Source: a virus. Taken from it: a DNA stretch of 64,000 nucleotides. Numbering within the stretch: the first letter of the stretch is position 1; each line of letters starts with the position of its first letter. The notes under the pieces are model-generated. The model did not search any database. It had not been told where the DNA came from and saw only the letters and a program-made list of their open reading frames with translations. Shown one piece after another: positions 8,465 through 17,279 of this stretch. The position numbers and the translations under genes are program-made. The stretch covers positions 1 to 64,000 of IMG/VR virus record IMGVR_UViG_3300009184_000038. One strand, written 5' to 3'.

Positions 8465-8698
8465 ATGATCACGATGCTTGGACTGGAAACCCGCAGTTAT
8501 ACCTTCAAAGCATTCGGTGCGACCGAAGGCGATGCGCTGCGTGAACTGTGGGCAGCATGGAAGAGGCATGTGAAGCAGTGCAACATCAGTCTGGCCGACT
8601 CATGCTTCCCGACGATTGACCACATGAAACTTGAGGGCATCAGCATCATCAAAATCTACAAGCTGCCCCTCTGCCTGCGGGACGGCGAGACGATCTGA
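8465..8698 (+). CDS. Hypothetical protein
   Basis: ATG follows leader CCCCCGAACGGAGAAACGAG. Confidence 0.7.
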   Translation: MITMLGLETRSYTFKAFGATEGDALRELWAAWKRHVKQCNISLADSCFPTIDHMKLEGISIIKIYKLPLCLRDGETI

Positions 8699-8745
8699 CC
8701 CCCGACCGTAACAACCACCACCACCCCCGAACGGAGAAACGAGCG

Positions 8746-9240
8746 ATGAACGATACGACATGGTATTCGGTTTATGAGCATAAGGATGCGAGCGGATACG
8801 ATTCGGACTATATGCCATTCAACACGAAGGAAGAGGCAATCGCAGACGCGAAGTCTAACCTAGAATTCGCTGGCGGCATCGGCGGCGAGATTTTCGTGAT
8901 CCCCGTGCCGACCGAATGGTACGCATCGCTGCCCGAAGATGCCGAATGGTCTCTGTGGGATGAGATGGAGCGAATCCCTGCCAGTGATTACATCTGGATT
9001 CACTGCGGCATGGAACGGGCAGAAATCCGCGCGGAACACGAAATGCCGCTACCGCAAGAGACCACCGATATCGTGGACGAGATGCTAGACATGGCAGAAA
9101 TCGTCCATGCGGAGATGAGCGAAATGCTGACGAATGCGGCAGACGAGATCACGCGGCTGCGTGAACAGGTCAACGAGACGCATCGCATCATTCATGAGCA
9201 GAATATTGAGATCATCAAGATGATGAGCGCGAAACGGTAA
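8746..9240 (+). CDS. Hypothetical acidic protein with C-terminal coiled coil
   Basis: Same leader; very D/E rich; AADEITRLR motif. Confidence 0.75.
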   Translation: MNDTTWYSVYEHKDASGYDSDYMPFNTKEEAIADAKSNLEFAGGIGGEIFVIPVPTEWYASLPEDAEWSLWDEMERIPASDYIWIHCGMERAEIRAEHEMPLPQETTDIVDEMLDMAEIVHAEMSEMLTNAADEITRLREQVNETHRIIHEQNIEIIKMMSAKR

Positions 9241-9268
9241 CCACCACCCCCGAACGGAGAAACGAGCG

Positions 9269-9424
9269 ATGACGAATCTGACCTTGCAACAGGCCCGCGA
9301 TGCTGTGCGGCGTGAATATCTTCTCGTTGGCCTGGATGCCGACGTGGAGATCGAAGGGTTCGCCGACATGGATGCCGACCAACTCCGCGACGAGATCACC
9401 TACCTTGCCGACTATCAAGGCTAA
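9269..9424 (+). CDS. Small acidic protein (51 aa, not in ORF track)
   Basis: Same leader; MTNLTLQQARDAVRREYLLVGLDADVEIEGFADMDADQLRDEITYLADYQG. Confidence 0.7.
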   Translation: MTNLTLQQARDAVRREYLLVGLDADVEIEGFADMDADQLRDEITYLADYQG

Positions 9425-9497
9425 AGACTACTGTAGACGACTTCAGAACCCCCGACCGACGAAACGATACCACCACCCCCGAACGGAGAAACGAGCG

Positions 9498-10142
9498 ATG
9501 CTGACGAAAGATATCAAACTAGGAATGCAGGCCCGCGTGAAGATTGGCGACCGTCTCGCGGTCGTGACCGTGACCAACAAAGCCAACTACAGCGGCGGCC
9601 GACGGCAGGAATGGTTCTGCCGAACGCACGATACCGGGCGCATGATCACCGCGACGGCTGCGCGGCTGCGGCCCATGCCCGGAACACCAGAGAATGCGGC
9701 GGCGCATGCCCGACGGCTGAAAGCGGCTGAGAAGCGATGCGCGGCGAAGCCGAACGTCTCCACCCCCGAACACACTCCAGTGCTCGTCGCCCCGCAGCCC
9801 GTGCCTGGAGTGTTCGCGGTGGCGAATCCCGCCCGCCCGATTGAACGCATGGCCCGGTTCAATCATGAGGGTATCGCCCGGATTCTGGACGGCATCCATG
9901 TCGGCGCATCGTGGCGGGACGCCTGCCGCGCCGTCTTCAAGGTGGTCGGCAAGGGCGGGAGGCTGCGAGGGATGCCGCTGCCGATGCGGCGTGGGTGCTG
10001 GCAGGCAGTCGCCGAAATCCATGCCGACAACCTCGCGGCGTATCGCGAGGTGATGGGACACAAGCCACTCCCGACCGTGGAAATGATCACGGCTGCGATG
10101 CGTGGAGACGAGGCCGCGCGGCGAGCGGTGCTGGCGAGCTGA
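9498..10142 (+). CDS. Hypothetical basic protein
   Basis: Same leader; N-terminus MLTKDIKLGMQARVKIG...TGRMITATAARLR. Confidence 0.7.
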   Translation: MLTKDIKLGMQARVKIGDRLAVVTVTNKANYSGGRRQEWFCRTHDTGRMITATAARLRPMPGTPENAAAHARRLKAAEKRCAAKPNVSTPEHTPVLVAPQPVPGVFAVANPARPIERMARFNHEGIARILDGIHVGASWRDACRAVFKVVGKGGRLRGMPLPMRRGCWQAVAEIHADNLAAYREVMGHKPLPTVEMITAAMRGDEAARRAVLAS

Positions 10143-10217
10143 TCGAATGCGATACCCCCTGGTGCGTTACCTGGGGGCCGACCGTGGAAACGATAAACCC
10201 GAATAAGGAAACGAGAG

Positions 10218-10676
10218 ATGTACGGAACAGTGAGACTCGAGGCTGGCGGATTTTGTATCGACGATGAGCGTGAAGCGATGGTGCAGGATTTTCTGAACCG
10301 CACCGGCATCACCATGCGGGCGACGTTCGTGGAATACGCTCCATTCTTCGATGATGAAGACAAGCCGCGATGCATCTGGAGAGTGTCGATTCGCCTGGAT
10401 CGTCGCGGATTCTCCGTCCGATTCGGTCAGTCGATCGTCGCCAGCGAACAGGGGCTGCCGCCGACTGCCGCCGATGTTCTCGCCTGCCTGCCGCACAGCG
10501 ACCCCGGCAGTCTTGAGGAGTTCATCGACGAGTATGGCGAGTGCTGCGCCGACGAGATGCCTATGCGGAAGTATCGCCGAATGGAGCGGGCCTGGAAGGA
10601 AACCCGTCGCCAGTGGCGGCAGATCGAACGTGTCTTCGGCAATATCGTCGGCCTTGACGAGCTGGATTCGTTTTAA
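10218..10676 (+). CDS. Hypothetical protein
   Basis: Variant leader AAGGAAACGAG; FGQSI...PTAADVLACL..SDPGSLEEFIDEYG. Confidence 0.75.
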   Translation: MYGTVRLEAGGFCIDDEREAMVQDFLNRTGITMRATFVEYAPFFDDEDKPRCIWRVSIRLDRRGFSVRFGQSIVASEQGLPPTAADVLACLPHSDPGSLEEFIDEYGECCADEMPMRKYRRMERAWKETRRQWRQIERVFGNIVGLDELDSF

Positions 10677-10721
10677 CCCCCGTGCATGAGAACCAATAAC
10701 CCCCGTAGCAGGAAACGAGAA

Positions 10722-10922
10722 ATGAAACCGATGCTCCCCTGGTGGTCGTGTTCAGCAACGATCCTCGAGTTCGATCCCGTCTTTGGAGAATACGTCGATA
10801 ACACCATCGATCATGACACGCGGGCCGCGACTGCGGAGGAGGCTGAAGAGGATGCCCGCGAAACGTGGAGCGATCACGGGTACAACCCCGAGCGAGTAAA
10901 GGTGCGGAGGGTCGAAGGATGA
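10722..10922 (+). CDS. Hypothetical acidic protein
   Basis: Variant leader CCCCCGTAGCAGGAAACGAG. Confidence 0.65.
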   Translation: MKPMLPWWSCSATILEFDPVFGEYVDNTIDHDTRAATAEEAEEDARETWSDHGYNPERVKVRRVEG

Positions 10923-11209
10923 ACGCCTACCAACTCTCCCCCCGCGTGACGCTCCAGCCTGGCGATCGATTCCGCGCGAGCGGCGGCCCCTACTGGAAGT
11001 GCGGCAGCGAAACGATACCGATGGCAGCTCGTGGCTTATTCACGCTCGTTGAGGTGCTCCGCAGGAGGAGCCGGGTCTACCTCCTCGCGGTCGGGCGGGA
11101 GGGCTACTGCCTCCTGCACGTCGAAGGCAGGAGGAAAAACAAGTCGATGCCGAATCTCGTCTGCCGGCCGTATCGGATTCGGCGGGCGGCCAGCCAGAAA
11201 AATCCTTGA
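10919..11209 (+). CDS. Hypothetical basic protein
   Basis: ATGA overlap with the previous gene. Confidence 0.65.
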   Translation: MNAYQLSPRVTLQPGDRFRASGGPYWKCGSETIPMAARGLFTLVEVLRRRSRVYLLAVGREGYCLLHVEGRRKNKSMPNLVCRPYRIRRAASQKNP

Positions 11210-11226
11210 GCCCAACGAAAGACCGC

Positions 11227-11255
11227 TTGACTACTAGCCAATCTTTCTTTAGGAT
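11227..11255 (+). promoter_or_regulatory. Sigma70-like promoter P3 overlapped by a CTACTAG box
   Basis: TTGACT-N17-TAGGAT; GACTACTAGCC at 11229-11239. Confidence 0.6.
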
Positions 11256-11339
11256 TGCCACAGAACGAGACGATACTAGCAGGGGCCGCGGTGGCCCCGA
11301 CCGGCGAAACGAGAAAACCCCGACTAGGAGAACGCGACG

Positions 11340-11609
11340 ATGGGAGCCGTGAAACGATTTTACGAAGACTGTGCCGAGGCAGGCCGATGCCCGCTCTCGA
11401 CGGAGGCTTTCGGATATCTGGACGACCTGGAATGCGAGCGAGATATCGACTGGATCGGCTACTGCGAGCATGACTATGTCGGCCGTGACGGTCGACTGTA
11501 CGTCGAGGAGTGCATCACGATGGAGTCGGCCCGCCGGCTTATTGCCGAGGGGCTGGCGCACCCCGAGATCGTGAATTTCGTGGAGTGTTTCGGAGATATG
11601 TGCGTCTGA
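11340..11609 (+). CDS. Hypothetical acidic protein
   Basis: RBS AGGAG and variant leader. Confidence 0.65.
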   Translation: MGAVKRFYEDCAEAGRCPLSTEAFGYLDDLECERDIDWIGYCEHDYVGRDGRLYVEECITMESARRLIAEGLAHPEIVNFVECFGDMCV

Positions 11610-11800
11610 CGGGATTCCCCGCCGACACGAACGAGTACGAGTTCGTCATTACTTCCAGCCGCATCGTCGGCCAGCTCGTGATGCACGACCATGAGGATGG
11701 CACTGCGGAGTATGACACTCCGTTCACGATGACCCTCGCCGGCCTCCACAACTTCCTGCGGCAGTTGCCGCGCCATGCGAATGCGTTTGCTATCGACTGA
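11600..11800 (+). CDS. Hypothetical protein (GTG start)
   Basis: GGAG RBS upstream; overlaps the previous stop. Confidence 0.5.
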   Translation: MRLTGFPADTNEYEFVITSSRIVGQLVMHDHEDGTAEYDTPFTMTLAGLHNFLRQLPRHANAFAID

Positions 11801-11879
11801 ACCAGACCTAGCACCCGCGCTCGAGGGCCGCCGCCACCCCCGAGCGTGATAACCCCGAGCGGCGAAAGCAGAGGACACG

Positions 11880-12338
11880 ATGAAGACGAAGACCCCAAAG
11901 AAGCGGCTGACCGGCAAGGCCGTTGACCGCGAAATCGATGAAGAGCGAGCCCGCCTGCGGAAGTACCTCGCGAAGCTCACGCTGGAGAAGCCAAGGAGCG
12001 ACGACAGCGGCTATGAGTATCGGCTGCCGCTGACGTTTCGGATGTTCACGATCGTGTATCAGATCGACAAGGCAATGGTCGGCACGCCCGACTACATGGG
12101 CATCGCCGGATGGTGGAGCTACGAATACAAATTCGACCTGCGCGAGGCGACGAATAAGGAGCGGAAGAAGGCGCACGACGCCATCCTTGCCGCCGGCCTT
12201 CCGTTGGACGGCGAAAGCCAGGAGCACGCCCAGATCGTCGCCTGGGCAACGAACAACGGCAGGATGGCTGCCAAGGCAATGGGCGGCAAGTGGTCGCCGT
12301 ACCGTGGCCCCCGACCGGCGAAACGAGGTGCGACATGA
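11880..12338 (+). CDS. Hypothetical protein
   Basis: RBS GAGGA and variant leader. Confidence 0.7.
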   Translation: MKTKTPKKRLTGKAVDREIDEERARLRKYLAKLTLEKPRSDDSGYEYRLPLTFRMFTIVYQIDKAMVGTPDYMGIAGWWSYEYKFDLREATNKERKKAHDAILAAGLPLDGESQEHAQIVAWATNNGRMAAKAMGGKWSPYRGPRPAKRGAT

Positions 12339-12616
12339 AGAAAGACGACCGCGTGATGCGGGACTATGTGATGGGTGGCAACTACGTTGGCACCGTCGCG
12401 ACGATCTGCTCCCTCCGCGAAAACGGGTGGAGCGTCGAAGAGATTGCTGCACAGATGCCGATCATCGGCAAGACTTGTGGCAACGAGGCGATACGGGCAG
12501 CCGGCTTGAACGGTGGGCCTCGAGTTAGTTCGCTCTACGAGCACATGAATCTGTTCGGAGAGCAACTGTGTGAGAGACTGCGTGAACTGCGGACGATGGA
12601 TATTTCCACCAACTAA
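12335..12616 (+). CDS. Hypothetical protein
   Basis: ATGA overlap; leader CCCCGACCGGCGAAACGAGG embedded in the upstream gene. Confidence 0.65.
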   Translation: MKKDDRVMRDYVMGGNYVGTVATICSLRENGWSVEEIAAQMPIIGKTCGNEAIRAAGLNGGPRVSSLYEHMNLFGEQLCERLRELRTMDISTN

Positions 12617-12629
12617 GGAGACCCCGTAC

Positions 12630-12806
12630 ATGAAAAACAGACTCAATCCCTACGAGGCCGGCTGGCTGACATTTCTGGTCAGCTCCGGCATCGCCAGCGA
12701 GGCCGACTGCCGTGCCGCGATGAACCGCGTGGCCCAGGAAGCCCTCGACGAGATCAATCGCCTGCGGGCGAAAAAGAAGGCTGGAAAACGTCGCAAGGAT
12801 CGATAG
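12630..12806 (+). CDS. Hypothetical protein
   Basis: RBS TAAGGAG. Confidence 0.65.
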   Translation: MKNRLNPYEAGWLTFLVSSGIASEADCRAAMNRVAQEALDEINRLRAKKKAGKRRKDR

Positions 12807-12869
12807 GCTACTAGCCGATGGTTTGATTAGCTACTAGGAACGATTTCACCTGAAGAAAGGAGGCTCAGA

Positions 12870-13178
12870 ATGAGCCGTTCAGTGGGCGATTCGGTATGGC
12901 TCTCGACAACGCACGTCGCGTTTGACGGTGAGGCCAGAGCACACATTGTCCCGGCCACCGTGGCTGGCGTGTTTGAGAACATCGTGATGGTCAAGATGCC
13001 GAGCGGTATGGTCACTTCGGCGAGGCAGGGCGTGGATTCGCTCTGCGACAGCGAGGCAGAGGCATGGGCTCTCGCTGCCCGCGAGTTGTCCGAGGCCCGC
13101 GATCGCGTCCAGGCGGCGATCGACAATGCCGTCGCCAAGGCGGCCAGCAGTCGCGTCGGGGAGGCTGTCGCGACATGA
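12870..13178 (+). CDS. Hypothetical protein
   Basis: RBS AAGGAGG. Confidence 0.75.
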   Translation: MSRSVGDSVWLSTTHVAFDGEARAHIVPATVAGVFENIVMVKMPSGMVTSARQGVDSLCDSEAEAWALAARELSEARDRVQAAIDNAVAKAASSRVGEAVAT

Positions 13179-13321
13179 ACCCCCGTGCGTGGAAATGGGT
13201 CATGGATGACCTGATCCGCACCCTCGTGCTCGTCCGACTCGGGCAATTGCTCGGGTCGGAGAGCACGGCGGCGCGGGCCGTCCACGACCTCGTCGAGGCT
13301 GTTTTTTCGATTGTCAGATGA
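13175..13321 (+). CDS. Small hypothetical protein
   Basis: ATGA overlap; GGAGG RBS. Confidence 0.55.
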   Translation: MNPRAWKWVMDDLIRTLVLVRLGQLLGSESTAARAVHDLVEAVFSIVR

Positions 13322-13375
13322 TTGGTATGACGCATAGAATGTCACCCGTACCCCCGAGCATAGAAACTAGAGGAG

Positions 13376-13750
13376 ATGACGATGCTTTACGTTCTAGGCG
13401 ACTCAAGTGAGCCGCGGCAGTTTAGGCGAAAAGATGGCGAGTGGACGCCGAACATCGACGATGCCGAGCATATGACCATCGAAGATGCCATCGACAAGCA
13501 GGCCGAGCTGATCGACGACCCCCGCATCATCAACGTATGCGAGGCACCGCTCATGCACGAGGCGATGTACGCGGACATGGGCCGTCGGTTCGACGAATTG
13601 CAGGAGCGGCTTCGCGAGCACGAAGTGTTCCTCGAGTACGAGATCGGCGAGGGCGACGAGACGACTTGGAAGATCACGTTTGAGCGGGCTGGCGTGGCCC
13701 TCGTTCTCAAGCTGGAAGACCCGAACTCTTTTGAAATGGTGGACGCATGA
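13376..13750 (+). CDS. Hypothetical acidic protein
   Basis: RBS GAGGAG and variant leader. Confidence 0.7.
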   Translation: MTMLYVLGDSSEPRQFRRKDGEWTPNIDDAEHMTIEDAIDKQAELIDDPRIINVCEAPLMHEAMYADMGRRFDELQERLREHEVFLEYEIGEGDETTWKITFERAGVALVLKLEDPNSFEMVDA

Positions 13751-14028
13751 ACGACGAGTTTAAAGACTATCTGACGATCATCCAGACAGCCAAAGCCGTA
13801 GGCTGCTCGCGGCGAACGCTGTACCGAGTCGTTGAGCGGATCGGCACCGACGAGATCGTGACCGTGGCATTCGGCAAGCGGCTCGTCCACAAGTCGAAGG
13901 TTGCCGCCATCAAGGCCGCCTATATGCCCCTGGGGAGTAAGAAGCACTCAATGGCTGCTCGTGCCTGGGGGTCGGCCGGCGGGACGCAGAAGCGAATCAA
14001 TCGCGAGAAGGCAGCCAAGAAAGCCTAG
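13747..14028 (+). CDS. Helix-turn-helix DNA-binding protein (excisionase/HTH_17-like)
   Basis: YLTIIQTAKAVGCSRRTLYR...FGKRLV. Confidence 0.8.
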   Translation: MNDEFKDYLTIIQTAKAVGCSRRTLYRVVERIGTDEIVTVAFGKRLVHKSKVAAIKAAYMPLGSKKHSMAARAWGSAGGTQKRINREKAAKKA

Positions 14029-14312
14029 CTCGAGTCGCGGGCCGTGCGCCGCGCATGGCAGGAGTGGCACGTTGTCCTTAAATTGCTCATGGACTCATCA
14101 CCCCCTTTCGACTTCTCGACGATATGGTCGATGTCGGGGCTGCCGGTGACGAGCAGCCCGCACAACTGGCAGATGCCCATGTCGCGGGCGATCACGGCAA
14201 GCCGGGTGCGCCGCCACGCCGCAGAGCAGTAGCCGCGGGCCGCCGCCGTCGGCCGCTCCTGCCCCCGTGCAGGGGAACGATCAGGACGGTACGTCGGGAT
14301 TCTTTTCGGCAC
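14025..14312 (-). CDS. Small HNH endonuclease (HK97 gp74-like packaging HNH)
   Basis: MPKR...AAARGY...WRRTR...RDMGICQLCG...DIDHIVEKSKGG...NLRTTCHSCH. Confidence 0.9.
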   Translation of the reverse strand: MPKRIPTYRPDRSPARGQERPTAAARGYCSAAWRRTRLAVIARDMGICQLCGLLVTGSPDIDHIVEKSKGGDESMSNLRTTCHSCHARRTARDSS

Positions 14313-14625
14313 GAGCCTGCTCCTGCCAGCCGACCATGAGTACCTGATGGGCCTGCCTGCGCCGCCACCACTCGATGATCGCCTTGACGATCAGTTGGGC
14401 GAGCACGCTGATCAGGATCGCGGCGATGACCGAGCCGTACTGATCGCGAGCCCGTAGGCGTAAACGAGCGGAGAGCACCTCTGCCATGCGGTCGGGCGGC
14501 GCGTCGGTTGGGAACTCCTCGACCGCCCACTCGACGAGCCGGTCGCGGAGGGCGGGGTGAGCCGACAGCCGGATACCGCCTGCGCGGTTGACGTAGGTTT
14601 TCAGCGTTTCGTATTTGGCGGGCAT
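14281..14625 (-). CDS. Membrane protein
   Basis: Hydrophobic segment VIAAILISVLAQLIVKAIIEWW. Confidence 0.65.
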   Translation of the reverse strand: MPAKYETLKTYVNRAGGIRLSAHPALRDRLVEWAVEEFPTDAPPDRMAEVLSARLRLRARDQYGSVIAAILISVLAQLIVKAIIEWWRRRQAHQVLMVGWQEQARAEKNPDVPS

Positions 14626-14879
14626 GTGCCGTCCTTGCATGGAGCGGAGGACGACGTGACTTTGTTGCCCTTACAGACGGGGCATACGGTGCGAACGGTT
14701 CCGTCAGTCAGATAACCAAGGCCGCGGCAATTGCTACAAACACCAGACGGAGCTGGAGCTGGCTTCGCCTGCGACATGAGCGAGTATCTGCCGGCCACCG
14801 CGACGAAAGGTCGGAGGTCTTCGGTGGCGCTCGAGCAGCCGCAGAGCAGGGCGGCGAGCATGAGGATGCACTTATACAT
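14601..14879 (-). CDS. Putative lipoprotein with DnaJ-type CxxCxGxG zinc finger
   Basis: MYKCILMLAALLCGC lipobox-like; CSNCRGLG...CPVCKG. Confidence 0.6.
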   Translation of the reverse strand: MYKCILMLAALLCGCSSATEDLRPFVAVAGRYSLMSQAKPAPAPSGVCSNCRGLGYLTDGTVRTVCPVCKGNKVTSSSAPCKDGTCPPNTKR

Positions 14880-15870
14880 TGCCGGCGGCTCCGTAGGTCG
14901 TGTGCTTGCGACGAGGCCAGCCTGCAACGCTTGAGAGTGCGATGCACTGGCACTTATCGATCGTGTCCGCGAGTGCCCAGAAGCAACCCTCGGGAATGAG
15001 CAGATCGGTGCCGAGCACCTTGCGGCTCCCTGAGTTCCAGCGGCTCCACGAATTGCACCACGCCACCAGGGCCTGACCGTATTTCTTGTGCGTCTCAGGG
15101 CGGTCGTCATATCCGACGAAAGATTGACTGTGAGCCCAGCGGCCAACCTGACGACTTACACCGTCTTCATTTCTTGTGTTCTCGAATCCAAGCGACGAAC
15201 AGTTAAACACGCCGAACCCAGACGCGAGGAAGTCGCGAACTTGGCTTCTGCCGCGAAGGAACGTCGCCGTCCTCGCGACATATTGCTTGCTCTCGCGAAG
15301 CCACGCATCGCCTGGAGGAGTCGCGCCGCCAAGCTTGATTGTCTTCTCGGTGTAGCGAGTCAGATCGATCTTCAACTCTGGATATGGCTTGCGGATCAGG
15401 AAGCCTTTCTCGCAGGCGACCTTCGCGGCTTCAGAACACACCCAGCCGTCCGAATTGAAGCCCCGCCAGGAAAAAAGGCTCTCCGCCGCGATAACTGATT
15501 CGCGAATACCTTCAGGCGGCAACTCAGGAGCACCCTCGAGTCTGCCCGTCACCTCATCGGGTTTGTTGTCGTATATTTCTGCGCTAAGGCTCCCGAGCAA
15601 CGCCCGAGAGCATCCCCATGAGACGCAATCCCCCCAAAGTTGACTTGGCCCCGGCAGGCTCCCAGGAAACACCGCATCAATCGTTCGCCACAGCGTCGAA
15701 AGCCTGCCAGCCCCGGCCTCTTCCAGCCCCCAGTCATACGCGACGTTCGCGCCATTGGGATCGCCACCGTATCTCAACACATAGTCGGCGAACACCTCGT
15801 CCGCACGCGGGTCTTTACGGCAGCCGACAAAGCCGCTCGAGTAAGCAGCCGATGGGTCGAAATCACTCAT
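14872..15870 (-). CDS. Papain-like (C1) cysteine peptidase
   Basis: Q-x-x-GDCVSW (oxyanion Gln and catalytic Cys), WAHSQSFVGYD (His), WCNSWS (Asn). Confidence 0.8.
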   Translation of the reverse strand: MSDFDPSAAYSSGFVGCRKDPRADEVFADYVLRYGGDPNGANVAYDWGLEEAGAGRLSTLWRTIDAVFPGSLPGPSQLWGDCVSWGCSRALLGSLSAEIYDNKPDEVTGRLEGAPELPPEGIRESVIAAESLFSWRGFNSDGWVCSEAAKVACEKGFLIRKPYPELKIDLTRYTEKTIKLGGATPPGDAWLRESKQYVARTATFLRGRSQVRDFLASGFGVFNCSSLGFENTRNEDGVSRQVGRWAHSQSFVGYDDRPETHKKYGQALVAWCNSWSRWNSGSRKVLGTDLLIPEGCFWALADTIDKCQCIALSSVAGWPRRKHTTYGAAGNV

Positions 15871-16357
15871 TGCCGTTCACCCTGAAGGCGTGGGCGAGCA
15901 CGTTGCAGGCGGCGAGCAGCTTCTCGCCAGTGGCCTTGTCGATAGCCTTCACGTCGGCACCGACGGCGTTGAAAAAGACGGAGTCGATCGCCTTGTCAAG
16001 GCCGGGGTACTTGCCCACGTTTTTCTTCTGAATGGCAAGCTGGAGCGAGCCGGCGTGGAACACGGTGAACTTGTCGGTGTCGCCGATGATCGGAGCCGAT
16101 CGCTCGCCGTCCTGCTTCAGCACAAACGCCGTCGCGTCATAGAACGCCGCGAGATACTGCCGGTCGGAGGGCAGCATCTTCGGCAGGATCGCCTTTAGCT
16201 CCGTCGCCCAGGCGAGCTGCTCGGCCGAGGGCTTCGCCGCCACGGCGACGGCCGCGGCCGGCTGCGGAAGCTGCGGCCACGTCACGCTCATGTTGCCGCC
16301 GCGCCACGCGAAAAACAGGATGACAGCAGCCACGATATGCCTCGCTTCGACTTTCAT
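15863..16357 (-). CDS. Secreted or membrane-anchored protein
   Basis: N-terminal hydrophobic stretch IVAAVILFFAW. Confidence 0.7.
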   Translation of the reverse strand: MKVEARHIVAAVILFFAWRGGNMSVTWPQLPQPAAAVAVAAKPSAEQLAWATELKAILPKMLPSDRQYLAAFYDATAFVLKQDGERSAPIIGDTDKFTVFHAGSLQLAIQKKNVGKYPGLDKAIDSVFFNAVGADVKAIDKATGEKLLAACNVLAHAFRVNGNE

Positions 16358-16626
16358 TTGTCGCTCCCCGCCACCAAGGCCAGCGTCAGTGTGTCAATAG
16401 CTGCCCGCTGCGGGCTCTTCTCGTCGCCCAGGAGGCCCGTGCTGTTCAGACGGGTGCGAACCAGGGCAAGGTTGGCAATGGCTTCCTGATAGCTCACAGA
16501 GTCGCCCATCGAGGGCACAGGCACCGCCGGCATCCTGCCCCAGATCGACTTGACCACGGCGACGATCTTGGGCCACGCGAAAACAATCGCCGCGACGATT
16601 GCGGCACCAACTTGCTCGTATGTCAT
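16354..16626 (-). CDS. Small membrane protein (holin candidate)
   Basis: N-terminal transmembrane segment; coupled to neighbours. Confidence 0.6.
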   Translation of the reverse strand: MTYEQVGAAIVAAIVFAWPKIVAVVKSIWGRMPAVPVPSMGDSVSYQEAIANLALVRTRLNSTGLLGDEKSPQRAAIDTLTLALVAGSDK

Positions 16627-16916
16627 TTGATTTCCTGTGCCACGATTGCGAACCAGTTAACGAGGGCAAGACCCTCGGGTGTCTTGATGACGGCCTCGAC
16701 CAGAGTCAGGAGGTCGTTGTCTTTGTCGGTAGGTGTTTTGTCGGCGGCCATCCGAAGGGCGGCGATGATCGCGACGGCCTTCTCGGCTGGCGTCTTCGCT
16801 ACGGCGACGGCCTCAAGCTTCGCTAGCAGGGGAGCCCACTGAGCCAGGAGCGCGATCTTCCCCACGAGTGACAACGCACCGTAAGCATCGCCGAACGTCT
16901 CTTCATTTGCGGCCAT
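16623..16916 (-). CDS. Hypothetical protein
   Basis: Coupled ORF; KTPTDKDNDLL motif. Confidence 0.65.
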   Translation of the reverse strand: MAANEETFGDAYGALSLVGKIALLAQWAPLLAKLEAVAVAKTPAEKAVAIIAALRMAADKTPTDKDNDLLTLVEAVIKTPEGLALVNWFAIVAQEIK

Positions 16917-17088
16917 TGCGATTCCGCTCCAGAAACTCTTGGTAATCCCGGCTAGCCGTCCGACCCTCGCTCGTCAGCTTGCCGCGAGAGTACGGTTGAT
17001 CGCGAACGAAGACCATCAACGGAGTCGAGTCGTTGCCGCGGCGACTCTCGAACTCTCGCTTGTCGATGTCTTCGTCGTCAGTCATCAA
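16903..17088 (-). CDS. Hypothetical protein
   Basis: Coupled ORF. Confidence 0.55.
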   Translation of the reverse strand: MMTDDEDIDKREFESRRGNDSTPLMVFVRDQPYSRGKLTSEGRTASRDYQEFLERNRNGRK

Positions 17089-17279
17089 TCATCACCGTGA
17101 ACCATGAAGTTCACGCCGTCGTAGGCGTCGTCGAATACTGCCCTGGCGAAATCGCGGGCCTCTGACCGGCCGATCTTTCGTCCGAACGTCCAAATCTCGT
17201 CATCGACGATTTCGTCGCCTTTGCTGATCGTCAGCCGCGCTTCCGTCGGAGCTATCACCAGCCGTACTTCTGCCAGCAT
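17085..17279 (-). CDS. Hypothetical protein
   Basis: RBS AAGGAG; coupled ORF. Confidence 0.6.
   Translation of the reverse strand: MLAEVRLVIAPTEARLTISKGDEIVDDEIWTFGRKIGRSEARDFARAVFDDAYDGVNFMVHGDD

Noticed and set aside
8400-12335. Hammerhead ribozymes suggested by recurring GAAAC
   Set aside because: The CUGAnGA core and flanking stems are absent.
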